IMG/VR virus record: IMGVR_UViG_3300031555_006030
Length of the DNA: 64,000 bases
Reading direction: 5' to 3' (one strand)
Origin: a virus
The notes below the pieces were generated by a model. That model did not search any database and had not been told where the DNA came from. It worked only from the letters and a program-made list of their open reading frames with translations. A program made the position numbers and the translations under genes. Positions 1-9,293 of this stretch are shown here, in pieces. Position 1 is the stretch's first letter. Each line of letters starts with the position of its first letter.

Positions 1-129
1 AATTCGGTCAGACTGATTTGTACCATATATCACTAAAATCTCTTGACAGAGAAAAGGAGAAATCTTAATAAGAGTGGTTACATTATAGATATAGCAATCT
101 TTAATTTTAATAAACATATTTATACCCCC

Positions 130-477
130 TTAATAAGTATCGTATCCGAGGATTTCGGCAGTCTCTTCGTCAATCAATTCATCAAAGACCGCATAATCGA
201 AGTTGTCGTCCGCTACCTCTTGACACTTTGCGATAAAGTCTTCCATTTCCTCTCCGTCCTCTTTTTTGAGTTCGACAAGGAAAACCTCCCCGCTCTCTTT
301 ATCATAGAATTTAGCGTCAAGATAATCTCCGACTTTTGTTGTTTCCCATATCTGTTCGTTGCTCATTTGTTTTACCTCTCTTTTATGTATTTGTATCAAG
401 AGCAAGTTGTCTGTCTGCTCTAAACTACTCAATGGTTTCGGGTATCTCAACCGTGCGTTCTCCGAGTTTTCGTTCAT
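130..477 (-). CDS. hypothetical acidic early protein
   Basis: 115-aa minus-strand ORF from the ORF track. The overlapping plus-strand ORF 43-423 is low-complexity and is read as an antisense artefact. Confidence 0.5.
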   Translation of the reverse strand: MNENSENARLRYPKPLSSLEQTDNLLLIQIHKREVKQMSNEQIWETTKVGDYLDAKFYDKESGEVFLVELKKEDGEEMEDFIAKCQEVADDNFDYAVFDELIDEETAEILGYDTY

Positions 478-559
478 CGTTTCCGAGCCTTGCTCTTGAT
501 TACATACATATTATATCATAAATAAATCTATTTGTCAAGTGTTTTTGCAAAAGTTTTTT

Positions 560-700
560 GAAATATCGAATAAGTTTACAAAATGTTCATAATTTAACAG
601 TAGGTGCTAAACTATTGGCTTTACGGGTAACAAATTTGAAATGAAAGGTTCATAATTTTGCGTAAAAAAGTTTACAAACTGTTCACAATTTCTTAAACCG
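560..700 (-). promoter_or_regulatory. early intergenic region with repeated TTTACAAA-TGTTCA(C/T)AATTT motifs (putative operator or promoter elements)
   Basis: Copies are seen directly at 573-597 and 668-692, with a partial copy at 641-653. The core TTGTTCACAA is palindromic. Confidence 0.4.
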
Positions 701-757
701 GCCCGCGCGCGAATGTGTGCGGGCCGGGCAAACAAAAGAAGAGGGCTTGCGCCCTCT
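700..757 (-). terminator. two GC-rich hairpins downstream of gene 757-1041 (minus strand)
   Basis: The hairpins are ccggcccgc...gcgggccgg and aagagggcttgcgccctctt; on the minus strand the latter is followed by CTTTTGTTTG. Confidence 0.45.
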
Positions 758-1041
758 TACTGCATATCCACGGTGCGTTCTTCAACAATCATAACGGTGT
801 CGGTTAAGAACACGGGATTGCGCCACTCCTCATAGAAGCCCATTCCGTCATCTACGAGTTCGGCTCTGTTGCCAATCGTTCTCTTGACATAGTCAATAGC
901 CTTGTCACGGGTAGAGAAAAGCGCAGGCGCGTGGTCTTCGACTTCCCAAGGATTAGGTCCTAAAATCTTGCGCATGGTGGCGGTCCAGATGGTCATAGCA
1001 GATACCTCTTGTAATATGTAGTCAGTAAGAGAGCCTTGCAA
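757..1041 (-). CDS. hypothetical early protein
   Basis: 94-aa ORF with a TTG or ATG start, sitting downstream of a consensus promoter. Confidence 0.5.
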   Translation of the reverse strand: MQGSLTDYILQEVSAMTIWTATMRKILGPNPWEVEDHAPALFSTRDKAIDYVKRTIGNRAELVDDGMGFYEEWRNPVFLTDTVMIVEERTVDMQ

Positions 1042-1105
1042 GGAAGGAGTGCATGTTGCGAGGGTGCTTTTTCAACCCTTATCTCCTCTCCCCTACTGCT
1101 CTTAT

Positions 1106-1134
1106 ATTATACCACATATCGGGATAGAAGTCAA
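1106..1134 (-). promoter_or_regulatory. sigma-70-type promoter (TTGACT, 17-nt spacer, TGgTATAAT)
   Basis: The reverse complement of 1106-1134 reads TTGACTtctatcccgatatgtggTATAAT. It is followed by a leader ATATAAGAGCAGTAGGGGAGAGG that is also found downstream of the promoter at 1902-1930. Confidence 0.6.
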
Positions 1135-1251
1135 TAGGCAAAATGCACAAACTTTCAGCGCCAAATTTGTGCAACCTGCACAGATCGCGTAAATCGTGCC
1201 GCGGCGGGCGGTCGCGGCACGGCGAAAAGAAGAGGGCGCATTTGCGCCCTC

Positions 1252-1449
1252 TTAATATGGGTATACTGACATTCTGCGGATCATTGTGGCGTCACCTTGT
1301 TGCTTCAAGGTGCGCTCGGCTTCTTTCGCTTTTCGCTCCAAGAGATATTCACCACAGCAATACCACCCTTCGCCCACAAGGACATAGAGTTTCCACACGG
1401 TGTGCTTCATCATTCCTCGTTTTCCTCCTCTATAATCTCTAAATCCCAC
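1252..1449 (-). CDS. hypothetical small Cys-containing protein
   Basis: ORF-track entry. The true start is probably the internal ATG overlapping the upstream stop. Confidence 0.3.
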   Translation of the reverse strand: MGFRDYRGGKRGMMKHTVWKLYVLVGEGWYCCGEYLLERKAKEAERTLKQQGDATMIRRMSVYPY

Positions 1450-1589
1450 TCATATCCAAGGGGGTTAACAGGGTCAAGCCAAGTCCATTCATAGTCCTCG
1501 CAGAATTGGACGGCTTCATCGAAAGTGGGGAAGGAACGGAGTTTTTTCTCCGTCCCCCCAAGAGAGAAAGCATATACATTGAATACCAT
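1410..1589 (-). CDS. hypothetical small acidic protein
   Basis: The internal Met of ORF 1410-1715 abuts the stop of the upstream gene at 1591. Confidence 0.3.
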   Translation of the reverse strand: MVFNVYAFSLGGTEKKLRSFPTFDEAVQFCEDYEWTWLDPVNPLGYEWDLEIIEEENEE

Positions 1590-1590
1590 A

Positions 1591-1845
1591 TTAGCACTCC
1601 CCCGTATAGCAACCCATATAAGGGTCAAATCCGCTTTCGTCGGAGTCGTCGTCGTAGTCAAACTCGTCGGTAAGGGGGCAGAAATCCAATCCTCGGTTAT
1701 AGGTGGCTTCAACAAGAGCCTCGGCCTCGTCCTCGGGGATTAAGCCCTGTTCGCAAAGAGCGACAACGCGCCATATGGCTTTGGTATGGACATCTTCGTG
1801 TCCAAGGTCATGGGTTGCAAGGTCTGCGGTTTGTCTGATAGTCAT
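1591..1845 (-). CDS. hypothetical early protein
   Basis: 84-aa ORF. Confidence 0.45.
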   Translation of the reverse strand: MTIRQTADLATHDLGHEDVHTKAIWRVVALCEQGLIPEDEAEALVEATYNRGLDFCPLTDEFDYDDDSDESGFDPYMGCYTGEC

Positions 1846-1901
1846 GGTATTTACCTCTTGATTATGTAGTCAGCAGGGCGGTTCTCCCTTACTGCTCTTA
1901 T

Positions 1902-1930
1902 ATTATATCACATATTGACACAAAAGTCAA
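1902..1930 (-). promoter_or_regulatory. sigma-70-type promoter (TTGACT, 17-nt spacer, TGaTATAAT), paralogous to the one at 1106-1134
   Basis: The reverse complement reads TTGACTtttgtgtcaatatgtgaTATAAT, with the same downstream leader ATATAAGAGCAGTAAGGGAGA. Confidence 0.6.
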
Positions 1931-1949
1931 TGAATATTTTGTAACATAA

Positions 1950-2045
1950 TTGCAAACAGTTTATGAACATTTCGGGACGGGATTTGTTCATACTTTATTC
2001 AAACATTTGAAACAAAAAATTTACAATTTGTTCACAATTCCATTT
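1950..2045 (-). promoter_or_regulatory. cluster of TGTTCA(C/T)A operator-like motifs upstream of the promoter at 1902-1930
   Basis: Copies occur at 1953-1968 (inverted), 1980-1991 and 2015-2040; a GC-rich hairpin lies at 2041-2066. Confidence 0.4.
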
Positions 2046-2110
2046 AGCGGCTCGCGGCGATGGGTCGCGAGCCGAGCAATAAAAAAAGGGCGCCTAAAGC
2101 GCCCCTCCAA

Positions 2111-2281
2111 TTATCCTATGGCTTGGATTACCACTTCATCGGTAGTAGACTCGTATACTGAAAACTCGGCATTGTCACTATGTGAGTACCCTTCTCCCGT
2201 ATAAGGGTCAATAATATCAAGCGCAATGTTTGCATCTTGAGGAAGTTCTTGCAGTTTTGCTATAAGTGTTTTTACAGTCAT
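2111..2281 (-). CDS. hypothetical 56-aa protein (below the ORF-track length cutoff)
   Basis: Found by manual translation of the minus strand; it has an SD-like GGAGAT 6 nt upstream of the ATG. Confidence 0.35.
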   Translation of the reverse strand: MTVKTLIAKLQELPQDANIALDIIDPYTGEGYSHSDNAEFSVYESTTDEVVIQAIG

Positions 2282-2360
2282 AATTATCTCCTTATATTAT
2301 TTTTATTTGGTGGCGCCAAGAGTTACCCCAAGGCGCCATATGGCTTTGGTATAGGTTTTC

Positions 2361-2582
2361 TTATAGCGCGTCGGGCGCACGAAAAAATACTCTGATTTTG
2401 TTATAGCCATATCTTTGCAAGTCTTTAAGTGTCCAGCCTCTTGAGTGACACAGTTTGGTTATGGCATGCTCTTGATAATATTGTTTCCGTTCGTAGTATG
2501 CTTCGGGAGAGGGTACCTCTATGCGGTACCCTGCTTCCTTATATCCCTTGTCACTTGATAACTTTACATATGCGTATATCAT
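2361..2582 (-). CDS. hypothetical early protein
   Basis: 73-aa ORF. Confidence 0.45.
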   Translation of the reverse strand: MIYAYVKLSSDKGYKEAGYRIEVPSPEAYYERKQYYQEHAITKLCHSRGWTLKDLQRYGYNKIRVFFRAPDAL

Positions 2583-2594
2583 GCTTCCCTCCCA

Positions 2595-2774
2595 TTAAGC
2601 ATAGGCATACATCATAATATCCGCTATGCACTCTTGTAAGTCATCACCGTCAGCCGTCCATCCTGTAAAATCAAAGCCTTCTTCTACAAGGTCTTCATAC
2701 CATTCAAGCATTTGCCATCCTTCGATAGCTTCAAAAACAACCTGCCCATTATTGTCGCAAATCTCAAAATACAT
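2595..2774 (-). CDS. hypothetical 59-aa acidic protein
   Basis: Manual translation of the minus strand between the track ORFs. Confidence 0.35.
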   Translation of the reverse strand: MYFEICDNNGQVVFEAIEGWQMLEWYEDLVEEGFDFTGWTADGDDLQECIADIMMYAYA

Positions 2775-2804
2775 TATATATACCTTCCTTTCATATGGGG
2801 CGGT

Positions 2805-3050
2805 TTATACCGCCCCTATTCTTTCGAGCATATGCTCTTCGTACTGTGCGCTTATATCCTCTTCCATGTCATACTTCTGCGCTAATTCCTCATAGTATGC
2901 CATGAGTCCCTCGTGGGCTTCCCTGACCTCTCGGTCAAGGGCGTCCACGGCTTCCTCAAATTCCGCTTGCTTGCGGTTGTCTATGTATCTATCAATAAGC
3001 ATATTCCCAATCTCCTCTCTCGGTATGGATAGTGATAATATAATCGTCAT
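2805..3050 (-). CDS. hypothetical early protein
   Basis: 81-aa ORF. Confidence 0.45.
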   Translation of the reverse strand: MTIILSLSIPREEIGNMLIDRYIDNRKQAEFEEAVDALDREVREAHEGLMAYYEELAQKYDMEEDISAQYEEHMLERIGAV

Positions 3051-3231
3051 GGTCTATGGTCATGCCGTGAATATCACAGCACTCATTGTCTGCCCAATCA
3101 AAGGCAAGTCGCGCATAAATGCGGTGGTGATTATCAAATACCTCTTTGAGTATGGCTCTTGTCGTATCCATATCTTTACCCCCTTTAATCAATGTATACT
3201 TTGCAAATATTGCCATAAACTCGACCGCCAA
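2992..3231 (-). CDS. hypothetical early protein (true start probably internal)
   Basis: 79-aa ORF that overlaps its neighbour. Confidence 0.35.
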   Translation of the reverse strand: MAVEFMAIFAKYTLIKGGKDMDTTRAILKEVFDNHHRIYARLAFDWADNECCDIHGMTIDHDDYIITIHTERGDWEYAY

Positions 3232-3355
3232 AATTATTAGCGTCGCATGCGTTTATAATTTCTTCTTCCGTCATGCCGTCATAGTTTTTAATTCCGTAGG
3301 TTTCCGCGCCGTACTCTTTCATAAGTAAAGTTTTTTCAAAGTTTGCATTTTTCAT
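3185..3355 (-). CDS. hypothetical small protein
   Basis: The internal ATG sits just downstream of the promoter at 3414-3442 and has an SD. Confidence 0.4.
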   Translation of the reverse strand: MKNANFEKTLLMKEYGAETYGIKNYDGMTEEEIINACDANNFGGRVYGNICKVYID

Positions 3356-3413
3356 TTTGTTTACCTCTCTTTTTTTGTTTTTTGTTGAGTGACTCTCTTG
3401 CCCCTCTGTGCAT

Positions 3414-3442
3414 ATTGTACCACAGTTTGGATTGATTGTCAA
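3414..3442 (-). promoter_or_regulatory. sigma-70-type promoter (TTGACA, 17-nt spacer, TGgTACAAT)
   Basis: The reverse complement reads TTGACAatcaatccaaactgtggTACAAT. A direct repeat TTGTGAACAAATTGTGAACAAA lies just upstream at 3466-3492. Confidence 0.55.
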
Positions 3443-3705
3443 TAGGAAAATGAAAATTTCTTTTTGAATTTTTTGTATTTTCTTTTTGAACAAATTGTGA
3501 ACAAATTTTGGGTGTCTTTTGGTAAAAATTGGAAAACTACGCCACATTGTAAAGCTTTACGGGATTTTAACTTTTTAGCACGCTAAAGTGGTTTTGCTCG
3601 CGACAATTCTCTCCTAGAAAATTCAAATAATTTCAAAAAACGATAACCATTTAATAACGCATAATAAAAGAGGGATTTTAAATAAAATCCCTCTTTATCA
3701 CCTAT

Positions 3706-4401
3706 TCAATTTGATTTTTTACGCATGCGTCTCTGTTTAGCTTTTTCGGCCGCTCTCGCGCGTTTCTTTTGTTTACTCCACTCTTTCTCTCTTTTTAACT
3801 CTGCCGCAATATTCTCAATTTTCTCTCCAAGACCAACCCTTACCCATGTCCTATAATGCGCCTCAATGGGCCCACACGCGCTCTCTGCGCCAATCTTCAC
3901 AATTTCTCCTACATGTCTAAAAAAGAAACATACAGGCGGCATATGTGTTACGATATCATTTTTGTTTCTATATACTTTAAAGGTGCGCCAGCGCTCTTTT
4001 AATTTTTGCGGCAGGCGCCAACCCGCATAAATACGCGGGGCTTCGAATCCATATCCTAGTATATGATCTCCTTGGCGCAAATCTCCTCTATGGAACCAAA
4101 CACATTCATGACAAAGTGCGGCGAGCGCGCCTCCATGACTATATCCTACTACTACAATTCTGCGCCATCTATAGCTTCCATTTTCCATAGGATCCTCTTC
4201 AAGAATCTTATTAATAATAATATCCTCTACTGTTTTCCAGCACTTTAGAAAACCGCCGTGCACACGATAAGAGATTTCCATATCTTTATAGGGGCGGCGC
4301 CAATAGGAGAAATTATTGCGCCAATCATCTAAGCCATCGCTTGGTTCAAAGAAAATATATAAAATCCCCTCGCCTGAATCCTCTATGAATCCATAGTCCA
4401 C
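3706..4401 (-). CDS. alpha/beta-hydrolase, lipase class 3-like protein
   Basis: GYSHGGALAAL matches the GxSxG nucleophile elbow of the Lipase_3 family; the C-terminus is K/R-rich. Confidence 0.55.
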   Translation of the reverse strand: MDYGFIEDSGEGILYIFFEPSDGLDDWRNNFSYWRRPYKDMEISYRVHGGFLKCWKTVEDIIINKILEEDPMENGSYRWRRIVVVGYSHGGALAALCHECVWFHRGDLRQGDHILGYGFEAPRIYAGWRLPQKLKERWRTFKVYRNKNDIVTHMPPVCFFFRHVGEIVKIGAESACGPIEAHYRTWVRVGLGEKIENIAAELKREKEWSKQKKRARAAEKAKQRRMRKKSN

Positions 4402-4459
4402 TCCATCTCCTACCTAAGTATAGATTTTATCTTTGTTACACATTTTAAAAAGTTCTAAC

Positions 4460-4648
4460 TCAGTCATCATTTTCAAGTACCTCTAAAGGTTTGTTTAACA
4501 CTGCGGTCAACATCTCTTGTTCGCGGCGGCTATCAACATATCCTGCATCATATGCACCATCAATAGCAGCTTCAAACTCGGCAAGAGTAAGAGTAATAAA
4601 TTCACATCCATTTTTATCTTTGCTTACTTTAACGATAATTGGTTTCAT
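4460..4648 (-). CDS. hypothetical early protein
   Basis: 62-aa ORF. Confidence 0.4.
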   Translation of the reverse strand: MKPIIVKVSKDKNGCEFITLTLAEFEAAIDGAYDAGYVDSRREQEMLTAVLNKPLEVLENDD

Positions 4649-4989
4649 GCGCCCACCTCGCTATTCGGCGCTGAAGGGTGCAGCTCAATCTTCTTTGTAT
4701 CTGGATCGCCGCCAAGATCAATAATATGATATATATATTCGCCTCTTTTAATCGTTCCAACAAAGCACGCATATCTATCTCTTGAATTAAAGATGTGATC
4801 CATCTCCCAACCAGTCCCTACACATGCCATTAGATGATCTTCATATTCAGCAGTTGTGTCTACTTTTGCCCAAAAACATAAATTATTATGAGCATCGGCG
4901 CCAACACTTAACACTATTGCGCCCTTAGGCATTCTATATACCTGATTAATAAAATCTGGTTCAATTTTATATTTCCAAATAGTTTGCAT
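4645..4989 (-). CDS. hypothetical early protein
   Basis: 114-aa ORF. Confidence 0.45.
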   Translation of the reverse strand: MQTIWKYKIEPDFINQVYRMPKGAIVLSVGADAHNNLCFWAKVDTTAEYEDHLMACVGTGWEMDHIFNSRDRYACFVGTIKRGEYIYHIIDLGGDPDTKKIELHPSAPNSEVGA

Positions 4990-5067
4990 TATTTTTCTCC
5001 TTTAATAATCTTTAATTATATTATATCTTGAAAATTTTAAAATGTCAAGCCAAAACTCCTCGATCTA

Positions 5068-5096
5068 TTGACATTTTTCAAAATTTTTGGTATAAT
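5068..5096 (+). promoter_or_regulatory. consensus sigma-70 promoter at the start of the plus-strand late module
   Basis: TTGACAtttttcaaaatttttggTATAAT has an exact 17-nt spacer and an extended -10 TG; it lies about 30 nt upstream of the gene at 5128. Confidence 0.65.
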
Positions 5097-5127
5097 TTGA
5101 TTAAAGATAGATGAAAGGAGCCATAAT

Positions 5128-6297
5128 ATGGAAAAAATAACCTTATCAGACATTCTGCCAGAAGAAGACCCAGATACCGAAGACTCGGCTCCTGAACAAG
5201 AGGCAGAAGTTATTGAGGAGAAATTACTCGAAGAAAATATTGAATCTACTATTAAGCTAGACTATAAATTAAAAACCTGCGAAGAGCGCGCCGACCTTGT
5301 TAATAAGATCGTGGCGCAAACCCCTAAGGAGAAATTAAGCAATCGCTATTTAGAGATTTTAGGTGATTACATAATGGGCGGCATTAGTAAAGAAGAAAAA
5401 AAGGCGCGCCTATACTTGACTGATAATCGCTTGATAACGATTAATAAGCGCGAAACTTCTTTTGAAGGATTGGCAGAAAAGTTTGAAAATGGCGAAGATG
5501 GAATTTATAATTTGATGGTAAATGATAAAAATGTTTTACTTACACCTAAAATTGGAATTACAGATGAAGATATTAACACAATTCCTGGATTAAAAGAGCT
5601 TAAAATTCAAATGCAAGCCACTGAAGAGGCGATAAAAGCGGCAACTGGTAAAAAAAAGTATTTACTTAAAAAGTAGTTGATTGAAATGCGCCGTGATTAG
5701 TATGCGCTTAAGAATTCTGCTAAGCCTCCTATGTATTTGGCGCCCACGCCGCATGGATTAAACAAAGTTGACCTCTCTGAGCATCGGTGGGTTGATTCAA
5801 ATGGAAATCCTCAAAGCGATGGGCTAATATCCTTCTTTAATCCAGTTCACATTTTGGCAATTTTAAGTAATTACAATGCGTTAAAGTTAGAGACCAATGG
5901 GCGCTATCAAAATGACTTTTATTATCTTATGGAAGATTTTGACTTACTCTTGAATAAAAGCCTTGAAAAATATCCCCATTTTTTAGATTTCTTAAAAATG
6001 AAATTTGATGGAAAGACTAGCGCAGAAATTCAAACCATGTTAAAAGAAAAATATAATATCTCTTATTCAATTTAGTATATATCTTCTTTATGGAGAACTA
6101 AAATTCCAAAAATAATTGCAGAGAAGGCGCAAAATGATTATTTAATATGGCATTATACCAATGTAGAAAAGGGCGTTTGGAAAAAGTGCTCTTGTTGTAA
6201 ACAGCTAAAACCTTCTAGCACACGTTTTTTTTCAAAAAATAACACCAGTAAAGATGGATTGTATAGCATTTGTAAAGAGTGCAGAAATAAAAAATAA
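5128..6297 (+). CDS. hypothetical protein with a C-terminal Cys4 zinc ribbon
   Basis: Three in-frame track ORFs (5128, 5731 and the tail) are joined by reading TAG as sense. Every codon across the gaps was checked, and the gene ends in TAA at 6295-6297. Three TAG codons. Confidence 0.5.
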
Positions 6298-6370
6298 ATA
6301 TCAATTTTAATGAAATGATATTGTTCTATTTTTACTTTCAATAGAATTAACTACGAAAGGAGAATAATAA

Positions 6371-7582
6371 ATGGCAAAATATCATTGTGATAAATGCAAT
6401 AAAGAATTAGAAGAAGTTAATTTTTATAAATATCGAGACGGTAGTTATGTAGAATTGTGTAAAAAATGTTTAACAATGCATGTGGATGTTTTTGATCCAA
6501 GTACTTTTACATGGCTATTAGAAAAACTCGATGTTCCTTATATTCCACAAGAATGGAATACGGTTATTGAAAAGAAAATGGCGAAAAAGCCTGATGCGCC
6601 AATTTCACATTCCGCTGTTTTTGGATCTTACTTATCGAAAACAAAACTAAAATAGTGGAAAGACTTTTATTGGGCAGATAATGAAAAAATATAGGAAATG
6701 TATTTTTAGCAAAGCGCCTAGGCGTCTGCGGAAAAAGCTGAACTTGATGCAATGTATCAAGAGCAATTTGAATCTGGCTAGATTTCTGAAGCATAGTATA
6801 AAACTCTTACATCCCCCAAAGCGCGTAACGATTAGATGATGAGTATGCTAGCGGCGCATGGCCCTTATCTAGGAGAAAATAATCCATATGATGAAACTCA
6901 ATTTCTTGATGATGCGGAGATTCCTGATCCTGCAGCACACATGACTCAAGAAGAAAAGATTACTTTTGCAATGAAGTGGGGTAAGTTTTATAAGCCAAGT
7001 GAATGGGTTGAACTTGAAACAGATTATCAAAAGATGAAGAAGTCTTTTGATATTTAGGACGCAGACTCTGAGAATACTTTAATCCTTTTGTGTAAAACGA
7101 ATTTAAAAGCAAATCAAGCTATTGATTGCGGAGATATTGAAGGATTCCAAAAATTGTCTAAAGTGTCTGAGTCATTACGTAAATCAGCAAAATTCACTGC
7201 GGCGCAAAATAAAGAGCAAAAAGGCGACTTTGTTGATTCTGTTGGAGAACTTATAGCTATATGTGAACGAGATGGCTTTATTCCACGTTTTGCAACAGAT
7301 ATTCCTCAGGATAAAGTTGATATGACTTTAAAAGATATGAATGAATATGTGCGAAAGTTAGTTACTCAAGATTTAGGATTTGGACAACAAATTGAGGACT
7401 CGTTGAAAAAGATTATGATTCAAAATGAAATGAATAAAGAAGCCGAACGCCGCCAAGAGGAAGAAGGAGAAGATTATGATCCTTATGCGCCTACGGAACT
7501 TGATGATGAAGATATTATTGAACACTATGATAATCTTCTAGAAATGAGAAAGAAAGACCGAGATCTCTTGGAGAAAGAGTGA
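6371..7582 (+). CDS. hypothetical protein with an N-terminal zinc ribbon (possibly a terminase small subunit or DNA-binding protein)
   Basis: ORFs at 6371, 6836 and 7088 are in one frame and are separated only by TAG codons (about seven). The gene ends in TGA and overlaps the terL ATG. Confidence 0.45.
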
Positions 7583-7586
7583 TATT

Positions 7587-8206
7587 ATGGCAGTTCAAGA
7601 TTTAATTAATCTCGCTCTTGAAGGGGGCTAGAAAAAGATTGGTATTTCTGAAGAGCGAATAAGAGTTTAGATTCCAATAATTCGTTAGTATGTAGCTTAT
7701 TGGCGTGAGTACCCAGATATGTTTGTAGAGTTTCTTTGTGGTTCTAATCCAGAGAACTTTTCACTATTCTTTTATTAGCGTCTTTTTTTGCGCGCAGTTA
7801 TGCGTCATAGATATGCTTATGCCACTTTCCCTCGTGCATATTCAAAGAGCTTCTTATCAGTACTTGTTTTAATGCTTAGATGCATACTTTATCCCGGTAG
7901 TCATTTATTCGTTACTACAGGCGGCAAAGAGTAGGCGGCGGGTATTGCTAAAGAAAAGTCAGATGAGCTTTGTAAGTTAATACCTGGTTTAAAAAATGAA
8001 CTAGATATGACAAGAGGTAAAACTAAAACTAGTAAAGATAATATTGAATTAATATTCAAAAATGGTTCAAAATTAGACATTATGGCTGCGCGCCAGTCCT
8101 CTCGTGGTAAACGTGCTACTGGTGGTTTAATGGAGGAATGTATTCTTATAGACTAGACCTTGTTGAATGAAGTAATAATCCCTAGATACTGGGGCGCAGC
8201 AGCGTG
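7587..8206 (+). CDS. terL: terminase large subunit, ATPase domain (exon 1; includes TAG codons)
   Basis: It has a deviant Walker A PRAYSKS and the pattern RGKRATGGLMEECILID (Arg finger and Walker B). The reading frame ends at TGA 8204-8206 and is followed by GC-rich non-coding RNA. Confidence 0.6.
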
Positions 8207-9293
8207 AGCTACTGTGGAAAACGGTGTGAACCTGTGATACAAGGGTGTGGATCTTCGGATCTGCTAACGGGGAACAGTCAAAAACCCCGTGCCAAGCTTC
8301 ACCGTATGGTGTTGAAGGTGTAGAGACTATCCGGGATGAGTGTACCGGTTAGGGTGGAATTGATCACCACTCGAAGCGCACCGCAACTAAAAATTTTGGT
8401 CAAATTTTGATAATATTGCTACTTTAAATTTTATATATTCATGAAAGGGAATAATCCCGGGATAGAATGTAAATCAAAAGGAGTAATATTATGTGGAAAA
8501 AATTTTATTTTGAAGGTGTTGAAACAGATTATAGTGTTTCAACAGAAGGGGTAGTAAGAAAAGACACAACAGACTATATTTTATCACAATCTTCTTAGCA
8601 GGATTATAAATTTGTAACTTTGCTTATAGCAGGAAAACAAAAAAGAATGAGAGTGCATAGAATGGTGGCTGAAACTTTTCTTGACAATCCAGAAAAGAAA
8701 CCTTATGTAAATCATATTAATGGTAATCGTGGAGATAATAATGTTGAGAATTTAGAATGGGTTACTCCCTCAGAAAATACTCAGCATGCTATAGAAACTG
8801 GTTTATTCATGTCCGGTAGGGCAAGACCAGTAATTCAATATAATCTTGACGGTGTGCAGATGGCAACCTTTGAAAGTGTCTCTGAGGCAGCTCGTCAAAC
8901 AGGCGGTTCACAAAGCAAAATCACAATGTGTTGCAGACGTCAAAGATAGACAGCTAATGATTACCAATGGAGATATTATGATGATATTCAAGATGTGACC
9001 AAAATTGAGAAAAAATTTATAACGGGCAAAAAGGTTGCTCAATGTGATGAAAATGGAAATATTTTGGCAATTTTTCCAAGTTTCAAAGAAGCGGCGAGAG
9101 CCGTAGATGGGACCTCTTCAGCCATTAGCAGAGTATGCAGTGGTATGAATATTCGTCACAAAGGTTATAAATGGAAATTAGTTGATGATATAGTCCAAGA
9201 AGACATCTAATAGATGTTTTCTTGACCATGAACGTAGACCGAAGACTTTCAGACGGCTCTCGTATAGAAGATGAGACTGTTAACAAATCGTAG
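8207..9293 (+). mobile_element. putative group I intron interrupting terL (boundaries approximate)
   Basis: It begins with a ~250-nt stretch of ~50% GC with stops in all frames and a GATCTTCGGATC tetraloop hairpin. An R-like GTAGAGACTATCC at 8320-8332 and an S-like GATATAGTCC at 9187-9196 can form P7 (GACUAU paired with AUAGUC). The HNH ORF lies between them. Confidence 0.5.
8490..9210 (+). CDS. HNH homing endonuclease (NUMOD4 N-terminus, HNH_3 core, two IENR/NUMOD-like C-terminal repeats)
   Basis: The sequence reads YSVSTEGVV...HRMVAETFL...VNHINGNRGDNNVENLEWVTPSENTQHA. The repeats FESVSEAARQTG and FPSFKEAARAVDG follow. Two in-frame TAG codons; the gene ends in TAA. Confidence 0.7.

Noticed and set aside
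43-423. Plus-strand 126-aa ORF in the early region
   Set aside because: The sequence is low-complexity and hydrophobic and is antisense to the better minus-strand gene at 130-477. No SD was found.
1950-2204. Plus-strand ORFs 1950-2204 and 2626-2895 among the minus-strand early genes
   Set aside because: They overlap the promoter and operator region and the small minus-strand genes I found by hand (2111-2281, 2595-2774). Their composition is not protein-like.
8150-8420. The GC-rich structured stretch as a tRNA or tmRNA
   Set aside because: No cloverleaf or T-loop was found. The R-like element and the downstream HNH ORF fit a group I intron core better.
8207-9293. Intein as an alternative explanation for the split terL and dnaE genes
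   Set aside because: Multiple TGA and TAA stops occur in every frame of the intervening sequence. The GIY-YIG ORF is on its own frame with an SD. R/S elements able to form P7 are present.
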